A DNA stretch of 64,000 bases from Candidatus Bathyarchaeota archaeon. GTDB lineage: Archaea; Thermoproteota; Bathyarchaeia; Bathyarchaeales; Bathycorpusculaceae. Shown in pieces: positions 42,830-51,976 of this stretch (position 1 is its first letter; each line of letters opens with the position of its first letter). Below the pieces are notes generated by a model. That model saw only the letters and a list, made by a program, of their open reading frames with translations, made no database searches and was not told where the DNA came from. Position numbers and translations under genes: made by a program. The stretch is from positions 1,216,001 through 1,280,000 of the forward strand of contig CAVZJV010000014.1 of NCBI GenBank assembly GCA_963775685.1, read 5' to 3'.

Positions 42830-43720
42830 ATGAAAAAAATGAAGATTATCTCTGGTCCCGCGTCCAAAGCGCTTGCTGAAGCGGTTTCAGCATTATCTGG
42901 TTTCCCAAATGTACCTGTTGTTTCAAAGGTTTTTCCCGATGGAGAATCCTATGTACGTTTGGATGGAAACGTTCAAGGTGAAGACGTGGCAATTGTTCAG
43001 ACGACTTGTCCACCCATGCAGGATGGCAGGCTTTTCCAATTAGCGTTCATGGCTGACGCGGCTAAACGTGGCGGTGCAAAAAAAGTCACTACCGTTGTGC
43101 CTTACTTGGCTTATGCTCGGCAAGACAAAATGTTTCTCTCTGGCGAGGGCATAAGCGTGGAAACCATCGCGCGCATGCTCAAAGCTTCTGGAATCGACCA
43201 GTTTCTAACAATTAACATTCATTCTGAACCCACGTTGGGGAATTTTCCGTTTCCAGCCAAAACCCTAAGCGCCATTCCACTCATTGCGGAATACTTTGTC
43301 GACAAAGGTCACAAAGGGGCATTCGCGCTTTCACCCGACAAAGGCGCTATGTACATCGCCCAGCAAGCCCAAGTAGTTCTTTGTGGCGACGCAGGACACC
43401 TCAACAAAACTCGCGACCGTTACACGGGCCAAACTGCCCAAACCGCCGAGGGTCTAAACGTGAAAGACCAAACCGTCATAATTCTAGATGACATCGTTAG
43501 CACAGGAGGCACAATCGTTGGTGCTGCAAAAATCCTCAGGGAACAAGGAGCTAGACATGTTTTCTGCGGTTGCGTCCATGGTTTGCTAATTGGCAATGCT
43601 GAGAGGCGGATTTTGGATGCGGGTGTGGAGGAGATTGTTGGAACCGACAGCGTTCCCGGAAGCGTGAGTAAGGTTTCGTTGGCACCACTTATCAGTCAAG
43701 AGCTTAAGGCGCAACAGTAG
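42830..43720 (+). CDS. prs: Ribose-phosphate pyrophosphokinase
   Basis: FPDGE, PYLAYARQD, SPDKGA, DDIVSTGGT. Confidence 0.94.
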   Translation: MKKMKIISGPASKALAEAVSALSGFPNVPVVSKVFPDGESYVRLDGNVQGEDVAIVQTTCPPMQDGRLFQLAFMADAAKRGGAKKVTTVVPYLAYARQDKMFLSGEGISVETIARMLKASGIDQFLTINIHSEPTLGNFPFPAKTLSAIPLIAEYFVDKGHKGAFALSPDKGAMYIAQQAQVVLCGDAGHLNKTRDRYTGQTAQTAEGLNVKDQTVIILDDIVSTGGTIVGAAKILREQGARHVFCGCVHGLLIGNAERRILDAGVEEIVGTDSVPGSVSKVSLAPLISQELKAQQ

Positions 43721-44793
43721 TGCCTAAACTCTTCTTTTTGCTCTCAGGCGAGAACGAAACACTGCCCAGCGCGGAAGTTAAGGCGATTCTGGAGGCGGAA
43801 GGGTATCGCTTCTCGAATGTTTCAGAGTTTGACCAGATTCTGCGGTTAGAAGCGGAAGTGGGCAGCGTCCAACCTGTACAGGTTCGCTCTGCTTACACTC
43901 GGTTTTGCGCTCTTGAACTTTTTGTGGCAAACGCAAACTTTATTGACATTGCAAAAGCAGCCGCGGAAACAGATTTCAAAGCCGTCCTTAAGCCCGGCGA
44001 AAAGTTTGTTGTGCGGATAAATAGGATAAAAAACTATGCTGACCAAGTAAACTCGATGGTTCTAGAGGGTATGTTGGGTAAGCAAATATTAAACGGCACT
44101 GATGGAACTAAAGTCAGCTTGAAAAACTCAGATAAGACCTTCATAGGAATAATAACCGATGAAAAACTCATTTTAGGCTTAAAGCTAACTGATATAACCA
44201 GCAAAACCTTCTCTGAACAGCGTCCACGCAAAAAACCGTTTTTCCACCCATCTGCAATGCCCTCAAAAATGGCGCGGTGCATGGTAAATTTGGCACATGC
44301 AAAAGCAGAATCGGTGCTACTTGACCCTTTCTGTGGAACAGGCACCTCGCTCATAGAAGCCACCTACATCGGTTGCCGAGCAGTGGGAATAGATGCCCAG
44401 AGACGCATGATTTTGGGCACACAGAAAAACTTGCGTTTCTTCAACATCTCAGCGGAAGGATTAGTGCTTGCAGATTCACGAAAAACCCCTTTCTCTAAAG
44501 TCGATTGTATAATTACTGATCCACCCTATGGTCGCTCATCGAGCACACTTAAATCAACTACTAAGCAGTTGGTAGAAGAAGTTTTAGCATCCTCGCGGGA
44601 GTTGCTTGGGGTAGGGCAACGAATTTGTATAGCCCTTCCGATACAGGTGAACGGATGTGGAAAAACAGAGAGATTAGCTGAAGTACTCAAGTCTCATATT
44701 GCTAACTTAGGATTTAAAACTATTGAGTCACACAAGGTCTATATCCACCGAAGCCTGACAAGAGAAATAATGGTTTATGAAAAAGTCAGTTAA
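43720..44793 (+). CDS. trm11: tRNA (guanine-10-N2)-methyltransferase (Trm11/TrmG10), chimeric: 3' end from 44634 supplied by the integrated element
   Basis: LSGE, THUMP region, KPFFHP, DPFCGTG, TDPPYG, YIHRSLTREI. Confidence 0.88.
   Translation: MPKLFFLLSGENETLPSAEVKAILEAEGYRFSNVSEFDQILRLEAEVGSVQPVQVRSAYTRFCALELFVANANFIDIAKAAAETDFKAVLKPGEKFVVRINRIKNYADQVNSMVLEGMLGKQILNGTDGTKVSLKNSDKTFIGIITDEKLILGLKLTDITSKTFSEQRPRKKPFFHPSAMPSKMARCMVNLAHAKAESVLLDPFCGTGTSLIEATYIGCRAVGIDAQRRMILGTQKNLRFFNISAEGLVLADSRKTPFSKVDCIITDPPYGRSSSTLKSTTKQLVEEVLASSRELLGVGQRICIALPIQVNGCGKTERLAEVLKSHIANLGFKTIESHKVYIHRSLTREIMVYEKVS
44623..44633 (+). repeat. attL core ATTTGTATAGC
   Basis: Identical to 53557-53567 and in the same reading frame (I-C-I-A). 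Confidence 0.85.
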
Positions 44794-45157
44794 AAACATA
44801 GTAGCGAGTTTCTTATTGTAGCAATTTTTTAGGATAAACCCATTGTAGCAGAAAGTAGCCCTTATTTTGTGTAGCAGTTTTCTAAGTGAATAATAATATT
44901 GTATGGGTTACTTCTCTCTTTACTTGAAGCTGGAAAGATTCTTAAAGAAAACTTTGTTGTCTTTCTATCAATTATCGAAAACGTTAGTGCAGCACCGCAC
45001 GAATGCAGAAGCGATACCCACTTGTCTTAATTAGCTAACGAAATGGTCTTAATGGTACTTTCAGATTATTACTGTTTGGTAAACCTCTTAGTAGAGAAAC
45101 TTATCTCTTAAGTTGGTTAAAACCCTCAGTTTGAGGCTTAGAATTCATGTGGATAAG

Positions 45158-45703
45158 TTAGAGGTTAATAATCCCAATCTTTGTTTGAATCTGAATTGGG
45201 ATTGTAGCATTTAAGAAAGGAAAACGCTGTTTGTTTTCATCTTTATGCTCTATAATGTTAATCCCAGAAGAGGTAATTTCTGCCCATAACCACAATTTAT
45301 CCATAGTGCTTTCAATTTTTATTAGGTTTTCTTGTTCAAGATATTTTGTATCGAAGTCAACTATATTTTCTGGAACATTCAAGAGTTCAATAACTTGTTC
45401 CCTTTTGATTATGTTATCTTTAGGATTTGTTTCTGCTTTTTTATAGAGTATTGTTAGAATGGAGTGTCTAATTTGATCATGGGAAAGAATGGAATTATCT
45501 TTATCTATTAGTTCTTTTTTTGGTTTTCGATGGTCAAGTATGTCAATTCGGCAAACAATGAAACCAGCACTTAAGAAGGGTATACCTAAAATTAGAAGCC
45601 AAAAGTCGAAGAAAAAACCATAAGATGCTATCAAAGAACTTAGAGAAACCAAAATTAATCCAATTATATATAATGGTCCAATTTCATCTTTTCCAAGCTT
45701 CAT
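45158..45703 (-). CDS. Cargo protein: 2 TM helices + winged-helix-like domain
   Basis: Hydrophobic N-terminus; IL..LY...YLEQENLI...EITSSG..IIE wHTH-like pattern; start trimmed to MKLG. Confidence 0.55.
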   Translation of the reverse strand: MKLGKDEIGPLYIIGLILVSLSSLIASYGFFFDFWLLILGIPFLSAGFIVCRIDILDHRKPKKELIDKDNSILSHDQIRHSILTILYKKAETNPKDNIIKREQVIELLNVPENIVDFDTKYLEQENLIKIESTMDKLWLWAEITSSGINIIEHKDENKQRFPFLNATIPIQIQTKIGIINL

Positions 45704-45768
45704 ATTTAATTTTCTCCTTCTCCTAATGTTACATTCTACGTTATTCAGTTTTAAGTTTTTGCCATTGA

Positions 45769-46335
45769 TTATTTTTGGCATTGAATCATGGCTCTCTTGT
45801 TAATGTTACCAACATTGCAAATTGCTCTTAAGACAACTTCAAGAGCATTACAAAAATGAAATTCTATAAACATATAAATTGGTTCATCCTTCTTCCAAGA
45901 TTCATAAATGGCTTTCTTTTTAGAGTTTGCATGTGCCAATCCACCGTAAATAAAAATATCTATAAGCTCTCCTTTAGTTGGAGTAAATCCGTATAAATTC
46001 ATGTTAATTTTAGTATCAAGATAATTGTTTAATCCGTTTCTCTGGTCTAAAAATTCTTTTTTAAGCTCTGACGAAATAGGTAATTTTTCAAAACTTTCGC
46101 TTAATCGGTGAAAAGAACTTTTTTCATTGTCTTGAGTAAAGAAGCGATAGGTTAAAACAAAGGCATCAATTGCATCTTGGTCAGGAAGTATCCTTGTCAT
46201 CTTAACCTCTTCACCCTCATTTAAAGTTACGCTTGCTGAAAGTTTACCTGTTTCTTTCAAGTGTTTTACAAAACGTGTTTTCAGTAGTTTTTCTGCTTTT
46301 TCGTTGAAGAGTTTGAGAGATGAGAGTTCATCCAT
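45769..46335 (-). CDS. Cargo protein, helical, possibly HEPN-like
   Basis: 188-aa AT-rich ORF; YGGLAH motif near the C-terminus. Confidence 0.5.
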   Translation of the reverse strand: MDELSSLKLFNEKAEKLLKTRFVKHLKETGKLSASVTLNEGEEVKMTRILPDQDAIDAFVLTYRFFTQDNEKSSFHRLSESFEKLPISSELKKEFLDQRNGLNNYLDTKINMNLYGFTPTKGELIDIFIYGGLAHANSKKKAIYESWKKDEPIYMFIEFHFCNALEVVLRAICNVGNINKRAMIQCQK

Positions 46336-46418
46336 GCGTTTACTCTAACATTTAGTATTAAAAGCTTCGGCTTTTAGTTTTTGCTATCAAGAGAGAAACT
46401 TAGATTATTTGACCTAAT

Positions 46419-46856
46419 TCATACTTCTCGTTCTAATCTATCCCCAAAATGGAGTATCGGAACAGCTTTGTAAAATCCAGCTTTCCTATTATCTGGTTCC
46501 AGTGGATATGTACCTCTTAGCTCTTGCCACTTCTCATAATCAGTTAAGTTAGGGTTAAGCTCTATATGCAAACTTAGACGTAATTCTTTGTCTCTAACTG
46601 CTCGCCATTCAGCTAATTCCTCGTCATGCTTCTGTCGAGTCTCGGCTGAGAGGTCGTAATCTTGGTAAAACTTATGGGTACTGACATACTCGTCATACTG
46701 CTCTTTAGTGAAGCCCTTGAACCTGTATCTTATTTGTTTTAAGGTCTTCGCGTCTTGCTTCTCTTGCTCTGAAGCTTCTATTATGATAAAATTAGTTTGT
46801 TCTTGTAAAACTTCCATATTCTTAACTCCTATTGGTCTGGTCTCAAATGGGTACAA
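46419..46856 (-). CDS. Hypothetical protein (element)
   Basis: Co-oriented ORF; no recognised motif. Confidence 0.55.
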   Translation of the reverse strand: MYPFETRPIGVKNMEVLQEQTNFIIIEASEQEKQDAKTLKQIRYRFKGFTKEQYDEYVSTHKFYQDYDLSAETRQKHDEELAEWRAVRDKELRLSLHIELNPNLTDYEKWQELRGTYPLEPDNRKAGFYKAVPILHFGDRLEREV

Positions 46857-46908
46857 GAATAAGGGAAAGAAGGCATAACCTTACTCTTGTACCGCTTGAG
46901 ATGTGACT

Positions 46909-47199
46909 CTACTTCTTCTTCTTTTGATATTGAGCTATTACGCGCCCAACATCAATACTAACTGCCCGTGTTGCTGCATTGTGAAAAGATGAGGTGGTTG
47001 ACGGTAGAATAGGTGTGAGCTTATCTATTACCGACTGTCTACCCTCTTGTTTGGCTTGCTCAGCTAACTTAGCGGTTTCTGTTCGATTAATAGCTAAGTT
47101 TCTTTCAAGTTTACCCTTTGCCTGTAGCAACTCTGCTTCTCGTCTTTTGAGAGCTTGAATGTCTCTTCGTACTTCTTCTACAGTAGGTACAGTAGGCAT
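46909..47199 (-). CDS. Coiled-coil hypothetical protein (element)
   Basis: Heptad-like N-terminal half; overlaps upstream stop. Confidence 0.6.
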   Translation of the reverse strand: MPTVPTVEEVRRDIQALKRREAELLQAKGKLERNLAINRTETAKLAEQAKQEGRQSVIDKLTPILPSTTSSFHNAATRAVSIDVGRVIAQYQKKKK

Positions 47200-47453
47200 T
47201 AGACGATGTCTCCTATCTGTAGCTCGTCTGCTTTTCTGTAAACATGCTCCCGTAAATTACATGCTGCCTTGTACTCTGGATTTACGCTGCGATAGTATTT
47301 CGCGGTCTTGCCTGTTTCCTTGAGATATCTTAGCTGTGCTTTTACCTTGACCTTACTATAAGCGATAGGTCTGCACCTGTCGCAGTACTTCTGATTTCCC
47401 TTGAGTGCAGTCCCACAGTTGCAAACATGTCTCAGCGTCTCTTGAAAGGTCAT
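47199..47453 (-). CDS. Small Zn-finger protein (element)
   Basis: CNCG...QKYCDRC; ATGA-coupled. Confidence 0.6.
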   Translation of the reverse strand: MTFQETLRHVCNCGTALKGNQKYCDRCRPIAYSKVKVKAQLRYLKETGKTAKYYRSVNPEYKAACNLREHVYRKADELQIGDIV

Positions 47454-48145
47454 TGCTTCTTTCCCCCGAGGAAGGAACCTAACCCAAAACCCTTCTTCTT
47501 TGGTGTTTCTTTTTTAGCTACCTGTTTAGTTTTCAAAACTGCATCATATTCGGCAGTAGTAGGTTGGCGAAGTCTTCCATCGTTAGCATCTTTAACGAAC
47601 CCATACTTCTCCCAATAACCAGCGTCTTGTGCAGCTAATCCTAACCCCACATCAATTATGGTGCACGGAATGGGCTTAGCTCGATTAACTATAGGGTCTG
47701 GAGAAACTTTGCACTTTATCGTAAAGACATGAGATACGATTTCACCGTACATGTCTGAATTCTGTGTCTTATGGGTAGCTACTGCTGTCTCTCCATCATC
47801 TGTAAAGACGACATCGCTTGTCATGTATAAGGTACCATCGTATAGGTCCCAGCGGTTCTTTTGGGGGACATATTTTAAGACGTATCTTCCGTCAGAAAAA
47901 TAAAGATACTTGTCCATTACTATTACGCCCTCATCATAGACATTAACTAAAGCTCTGTACCTCTCTAATAATTTAGAAAGCTTAACTTTGTCTTCACGGT
48001 GCATTTCACTATTAACGTAAGGTCCATCTTTAAGTGAGTACGCTGTTGGGTTGTTGACTTTACTGTTTAAGTATTCTATCTCTTTTTGAAGAGCTAATCT
48101 CTTAGCTTTGATTTCTTCGTTAGTCAGAGTTGGTTTGTCACTCAT
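47450..48145 (-). CDS. Hypothetical protein (element)
   Basis: 231 aa, SD-like GAGGGGG, beta-rich core, amphipathic tail KKKGFGLGSFLGGKKQ. Confidence 0.65.
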   Translation of the reverse strand: MSDKPTLTNEEIKAKRLALQKEIEYLNSKVNNPTAYSLKDGPYVNSEMHREDKVKLSKLLERYRALVNVYDEGVIVMDKYLYFSDGRYVLKYVPQKNRWDLYDGTLYMTSDVVFTDDGETAVATHKTQNSDMYGEIVSHVFTIKCKVSPDPIVNRAKPIPCTIIDVGLGLAAQDAGYWEKYGFVKDANDGRLRQPTTAEYDAVLKTKQVAKKETPKKKGFGLGSFLGGKKQ

Positions 48146-48251
48146 TGGTTGTTTCCCCCTCTGCTAAGTGCTCCTGATTTAACAGGGATTATTTTCCTAC
48201 TTTGAATTATTGATTTGCTGGTTCCGCATTTCATATATTTTTGCCTCTTTT

Positions 48252-48509
48252 TTACACTGTATACTTAACTACAATTTTCTCGGTGAAAGACTCCTGCAGT
48301 CCCTCATCGCTGTTTAAAGACCCTTGAATGCTCTTGTAGTTACTAAGAGCAATCTTAGTCTGAAAGGACATCTCTTTATTGCAGAGTTTCAAACTCTCCA
48401 ACAAAACAGCTATCTGTTCCTGTAAGGCGTTCTCTCTAAGATGCATATAATAGAGCTTAACGTCAATGTCTCGGAAGACTAATTTCCTGAGTGCTTGAGA
48501 GAACTTCAA
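48252..48509 (-). CDS. Hypothetical protein (element)
   Basis: TTG start after GGGGAG, overlapping upstream stop. Confidence 0.5.
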   Translation of the reverse strand: MKFSQALRKLVFRDIDVKLYYMHLRENALQEQIAVLLESLKLCNKEMSFQTKIALSNYKSIQGSLNSDEGLQESFTEKIVVKYTV

Positions 48510-48667
48510 TAAAATCTCCCCTGTTTATTCCGCTTCCTCGCATTTCCAGCGTTAGTTACTTTTCTGCAACTTTCTGTGCAGAATACTTTGTCTATAGTGT
48601 AGGTCTGGAAATTCCCTTTGCATCCAAGACATACTTTGTTTAGGATTGTGTTTGATATGTTTTCCAT
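48506..48667 (-). CDS. Small treble-clef-like Zn-finger protein (53 aa), not in ORF track
   Basis: MENISNTILNKVCLGCKGNF...VFCTESCR; both ends overlap neighbours. Confidence 0.6.
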   Translation of the reverse strand: MENISNTILNKVCLGCKGNFQTYTIDKVFCTESCRKVTNAGNARKRNKQGRFY

Positions 48668-49131
48668 CACTCGAAAGTCCTCCGATAATCTAAATACTTC
48701 TTATACTCATGAATGCGAATGAAGCACTGTGGACATGTGGGTTCTAATGAGCTTCTCATATAATCGCAAAGTTCGCACTCAACCTTTGGGTCGCCTACCT
48801 CTAAAAATCCTTGAATCTCGCCAACAGTTATGCCATGAACAAGCGGTAAATCTTCACCTAAATATAGATGAATCTCCATAAAGTCAACGTCTACACCTAA
48901 CACTTTGTAAAACTTCTTCCACGATTGATAGGCTTCCTTGACTTGTGGAATGGTCTTACCGTAAAACCAGAGATTGATAAGACTCTCTAAGTTCTCTTCT
49001 GTCTTTACAACTTGACTAACGTTAGCCTTTGTAGCTGCTTCTATCTTGGACTGTAACTCTCGCTCTTTCTTTTGCTGTTGATAGTGTCTCTGACGCGCGG
49101 CACTGTCTGGGTACACTCTCTTTCTGCCCAT
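48667..49131 (-). CDS. Hypothetical protein with basic N-terminus and C-terminal CxxC...CxxC
   Basis: MGRKRVYPDSAARQR; CELC...CPQC. Confidence 0.6.
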   Translation of the reverse strand: MGRKRVYPDSAARQRHYQQQKKERELQSKIEAATKANVSQVVKTEENLESLINLWFYGKTIPQVKEAYQSWKKFYKVLGVDVDFMEIHLYLGEDLPLVHGITVGEIQGFLEVGDPKVECELCDYMRSSLEPTCPQCFIRIHEYKKYLDYRRTFE

Positions 49132-49221
49132 TCAAACTGCATCTCCGATAATGTCTGATTTCTGTTTTCGAGCGTCAATTCTAATGTGATTATTGCCAAC
49201 CAAGAATAATTCCCTCTTTCC

Positions 49222-49374
49222 CTACTTACTCTTAGAATCTTTGAGTAATTTTAAAGCTCTAAGCACTACACCCTGAAGGGGTTCTGAAGAGTATTCTCTT
49301 AGCTCTTTAGCTAACTGAACAGTACTCTTATCAATCGCTAAACACGTAGTCTTAGATTCATTATTCTCTTTCAT
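49222..49374 (-). CDS. Small RHH/CopG-like DNA-binding protein (50 aa), not in ORF track
   Basis: KTTCLAIDKSTVQLAKEL....EPLQGVVLRALKLL (strand-helix-helix pattern); heads the leftward gene run. Confidence 0.5.
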   Translation of the reverse strand: MKENNESKTTCLAIDKSTVQLAKELREYSSEPLQGVVLRALKLLKDSKSK

Positions 49375-49814
49375 TATTAATCACTAATATATCTCTAATT
49401 AATCTCTGATAATAGATAACCGTTAAAGTGCCTATAAAGGATTATGGTCTTTTCTTAATCACTATAGAAACTTAGCTACTTTCTTCTCCCTCTCTGACTA
49501 TATGGTCGTGTTTTGAGCGACAGAATCAACCTTTATCCAACCTTCTTTAGCTAAATAACCTTCTTAATGGTCATGTTCGCATTGCGAATTGCTAACCAAT
49601 TAGACTTGACCTTTTTCTTAGATTCTTTAGCTAATTGCTGCCTTCTCTGTGCCAATTTCATATCGCAACTTTGATCTAATAACTTTGTGCCAATACCAGA
49701 GCTAAAGCCTTGATTCCCTGAATAGAACTCTCACTAAGGTGATTCTCAATGAGAATTACTGTGTTCACTGACAGTATTTTTATTAAGAAAGAAGCCAAAA
49801 TCATACTTCTTTGT

Positions 49815-50117
49815 CTAATTGCTCCCTTTGTCGGTCTTGGCACTCTGAGTGCATTTTTCATTGATAAACCGACCTGTTTCAAGCTCTGTTTGCAATTTAA
49901 TGGGCTTGCCTACCCGATTTATCTGATAAATTTTTTCATTGATAGATAGAAGCTCAGAATAAGGGTATTCGTTTAATTGCTCCCCTCATTGGTCGTTGTA
50001 CTCTGAGTACATTTTTTATTGATAGAGATAGGCTCAGATTAAGCGTATTCATTCAATTACTCTCTTTATTGGTCACGGTGGTGTGACCACATTCTTTCTT
50101 GATAGAAAGAGGCTCAA
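49815..50117. repeat. Tandem array of four ~80-bp units, each with a 13-bp hairpin followed by N8-TTGATA
   Basis: Hairpins at 49840, 49918, 49998, 50078 (spacing 78/80/80). Confidence 0.8.
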
Positions 50118-50169
50118 AGGATTACCGAGAAAACTTAGCTAAAAACAGATTCAGAACCATATTTCTTTG

Positions 50170-50337
50170 TTATTGACTGAAAGCTCTTCGACTGCCCCTT
50201 ACACGGTAAGATTCGCGTTGCTCTTCCTCACGCTTCAAGGCTTTCAAGTGTCGTATTCTCTCTGCCTCGTCTTTATTATTGTCAACAATGACAACGTGAG
50301 AGCAGTCTGATTTGCCTTTAAATTTGTTGTTAATCAT
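50170..50337 (-). CDS. Small charged protein (55 aa), not in ORF track
   Basis: MINNKFKGKSDCSHVVIVD...RGSRRAFSQ, 13 nt after the nuclease-like ORF. Confidence 0.4.
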   Translation of the reverse strand: MINNKFKGKSDCSHVVIVDNNKDEAERIRHLKALKREEEQRESYRVRGSRRAFSQ

Positions 50338-50350
50338 TCAATTATCCATC

Positions 50351-51106
50351 CTAAACAGTCCCTTTTCCAGTGGGACTTAACTCGTTAAACTTGAGCAAAA
50401 GGACAATTCTTCTAAGAATATTCAATCTTTTTCTCTCTCCTATATGTTGCCATAAGGCGTTACCTGCTCTATCAGTCACTACTATTCTTTCTATATAATG
50501 AGAGTCTTTCTTGCTACAGGTGATTGGTGGGTTTTTTCCATCACTGATTGTCATTTCTTTCCCTATCTTGATAATTTCCAATATCTTCAGTCTATTGATG
50601 GACGCTTCCACTTCTATGGCAGTTAAGTTAGTTTGATATCTCTTACTGAAGGGTTTAAGCAGTTTGAAGAGTGCGCTATCAAATAAGGCTCGAACAGTTG
50701 TGTGTAGGTTATCCTCTTCTGCATGAATGTAAGTTGGAATTAGCTGGATACGTTCTTTCTTAAGTTTCTCCTTCTCTTCTTTAGACATGTTTGGAAAACT
50801 AATGCTGAGAACCCACTCGTCTTTATGTTCTGGGTCTTTACGATGGAAGTATTCTATCTTAGAATCCATAATGTCCTTATTCATGTGGGTTCGTTCTTTA
50901 GGGTTAGTAACTTCTAAAAGAATCCTTTTTCCTTTAACTGGAATAACTATGTCAACTGCGTTATGATGGTCGAATGAATATTCAGAGTGGTCAAAACTGT
51001 TATGGTCGCACTTTAAGCCTAACTTCTGCTCTATGAAGTGGACATGTGCCATCTCTGCTGGAATACCGCTCAGATAGTTTATGTTGAAGTTATTCATTTT
51101 ACTCAT
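50351..51106 (-). CDS. PD-(D/E)XK-like (restriction-endonuclease fold) protein
   Basis: G..AE helix, AVDIVI, LLEVTN (E-x-T-N variant of E-x-K). Confidence 0.5.
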   Translation of the reverse strand: MSKMNNFNINYLSGIPAEMAHVHFIEQKLGLKCDHNSFDHSEYSFDHHNAVDIVIPVKGKRILLEVTNPKERTHMNKDIMDSKIEYFHRKDPEHKDEWVLSISFPNMSKEEKEKLKKERIQLIPTYIHAEEDNLHTTVRALFDSALFKLLKPFSKRYQTNLTAIEVEASINRLKILEIIKIGKEMTISDGKNPPITCSKKDSHYIERIVVTDRAGNALWQHIGERKRLNILRRIVLLLKFNELSPTGKGTV

Positions 51107-51263
51107 TCCTTGTCGAATGCGCTTGATTAGAGGTTAAGGGTGACAAGCCCCTCTCCTCATTAAAATCAAGCTGGGTTGTTAACAATTACAAACCGAAGAA
51201 ACGACTTAAAAGGAATTATGGTCAAAACTAAAATGGTCTACACTTGTGTTCTGCCAATAGCCA

Positions 51264-51334
51264 CTGTTTCAAGCTCCGTTTTCAATTTAAGAGCCTTATC
51301 GGTAGCTGTGACCGCGTCACACCTATGTTTGATA
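51264..51334. repeat. Solitary fifth copy of the hairpin-N8-TTGATA motif
   Basis: GTGAC-CGC-GTCAC at 51308-51320, TTGATA at 51329; 25/27 identity of 51264-51290 to 49874-49900. Confidence 0.75.
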
Positions 51335-51532
51335 CTTTTGGTTCTATTGATAGTTGTTCTATCTAACCCTACTTTCTTAATTATCTCGGTTCGAGTGTTC
51401 CAAGAGAATTGAGAGAGGATGTCTGTGAAATGTTGTTTAATGGTTTTTTAAAAAGCAAAAATCCAGCCCTTATCTAACCTTCTTTTCTAAATTACTATTT
51501 ATTATGGGGCTATTGCCATTGGCAATTAAATC

Positions 51533-51976
51533 TCAACCCGAAACAGTTGGGTGAGGAATGCTAAACTTGAAGCCTAAGAATTTCTGTTTCCTTATTCGCT
51601 TTTCCTCATAGGACTCGGCGTTTGGGTTATGTCTTCTATACCGATCTCCATGTCTTAATTTCTCTTCTTTTGAATGGGTTTCTCGATACTGCTTATTCCA
51701 TTCATGGTAGTTCTCTTTATTCAGTTCAAAGTACTCTTTGCTTCCTACACTATGATTAGCACAATACCTCATTTGTCTCTTGCTTAAGAAGCGCCCACAA
51801 ACTTCACATCTACGCTGAGACCAAGAAATCAAATCACTACTACTTGACTTATACACTCGATAGCCTGTACTAAAACAGCCATCGCCAATACTATGAGTTG
51901 TTGTATTCATCTCACTCATCCTCACAATAGTAATATCGGAATAATGCTTAAAAGGATTTTTGGGTATTATATTCAA
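51533..51976 (-). CDS. Zn-finger hypothetical protein (element)
   Basis: RRCEVCGRFL...RYCANH and charged helical tail; start uncertain. Confidence 0.5.
   Translation of the reverse strand: MNIIPKNPFKHYSDITIVRMSEMNTTTHSIGDGCFSTGYRVYKSSSSDLISWSQRRCEVCGRFLSKRQMRYCANHSVGSKEYFELNKENYHEWNKQYRETHSKEEKLRHGDRYRRHNPNAESYEEKRIRKQKFLGFKFSIPHPTVSG

Noticed and set aside
49304-49634. TCTTTAGCTAA at 49304, 49544 and 49624 (multiples of 80 bp apart)
   Set aside because: At least two copies fall in small ORFs as L-A-K-E codons and intermediate positions lack the motif. It could be an RHH site but is not supportable.
49676-49949. ORF-track entries 49676-49882 (-) and 49749-49949 (+) as genes
   Set aside because: They overlap the repeat array on opposite strands, have weak starts, and the equivalent frames are broken in neighbouring units.
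49815-50117. CRISPR array or TIGR / box C/D guide array
   Set aside because: No invariant repeat with unique spacers, and no cas or Nop-domain gene. CTGA recurs in the hairpins, but TTGATAG is not a proper box C and the unit length does not fit.
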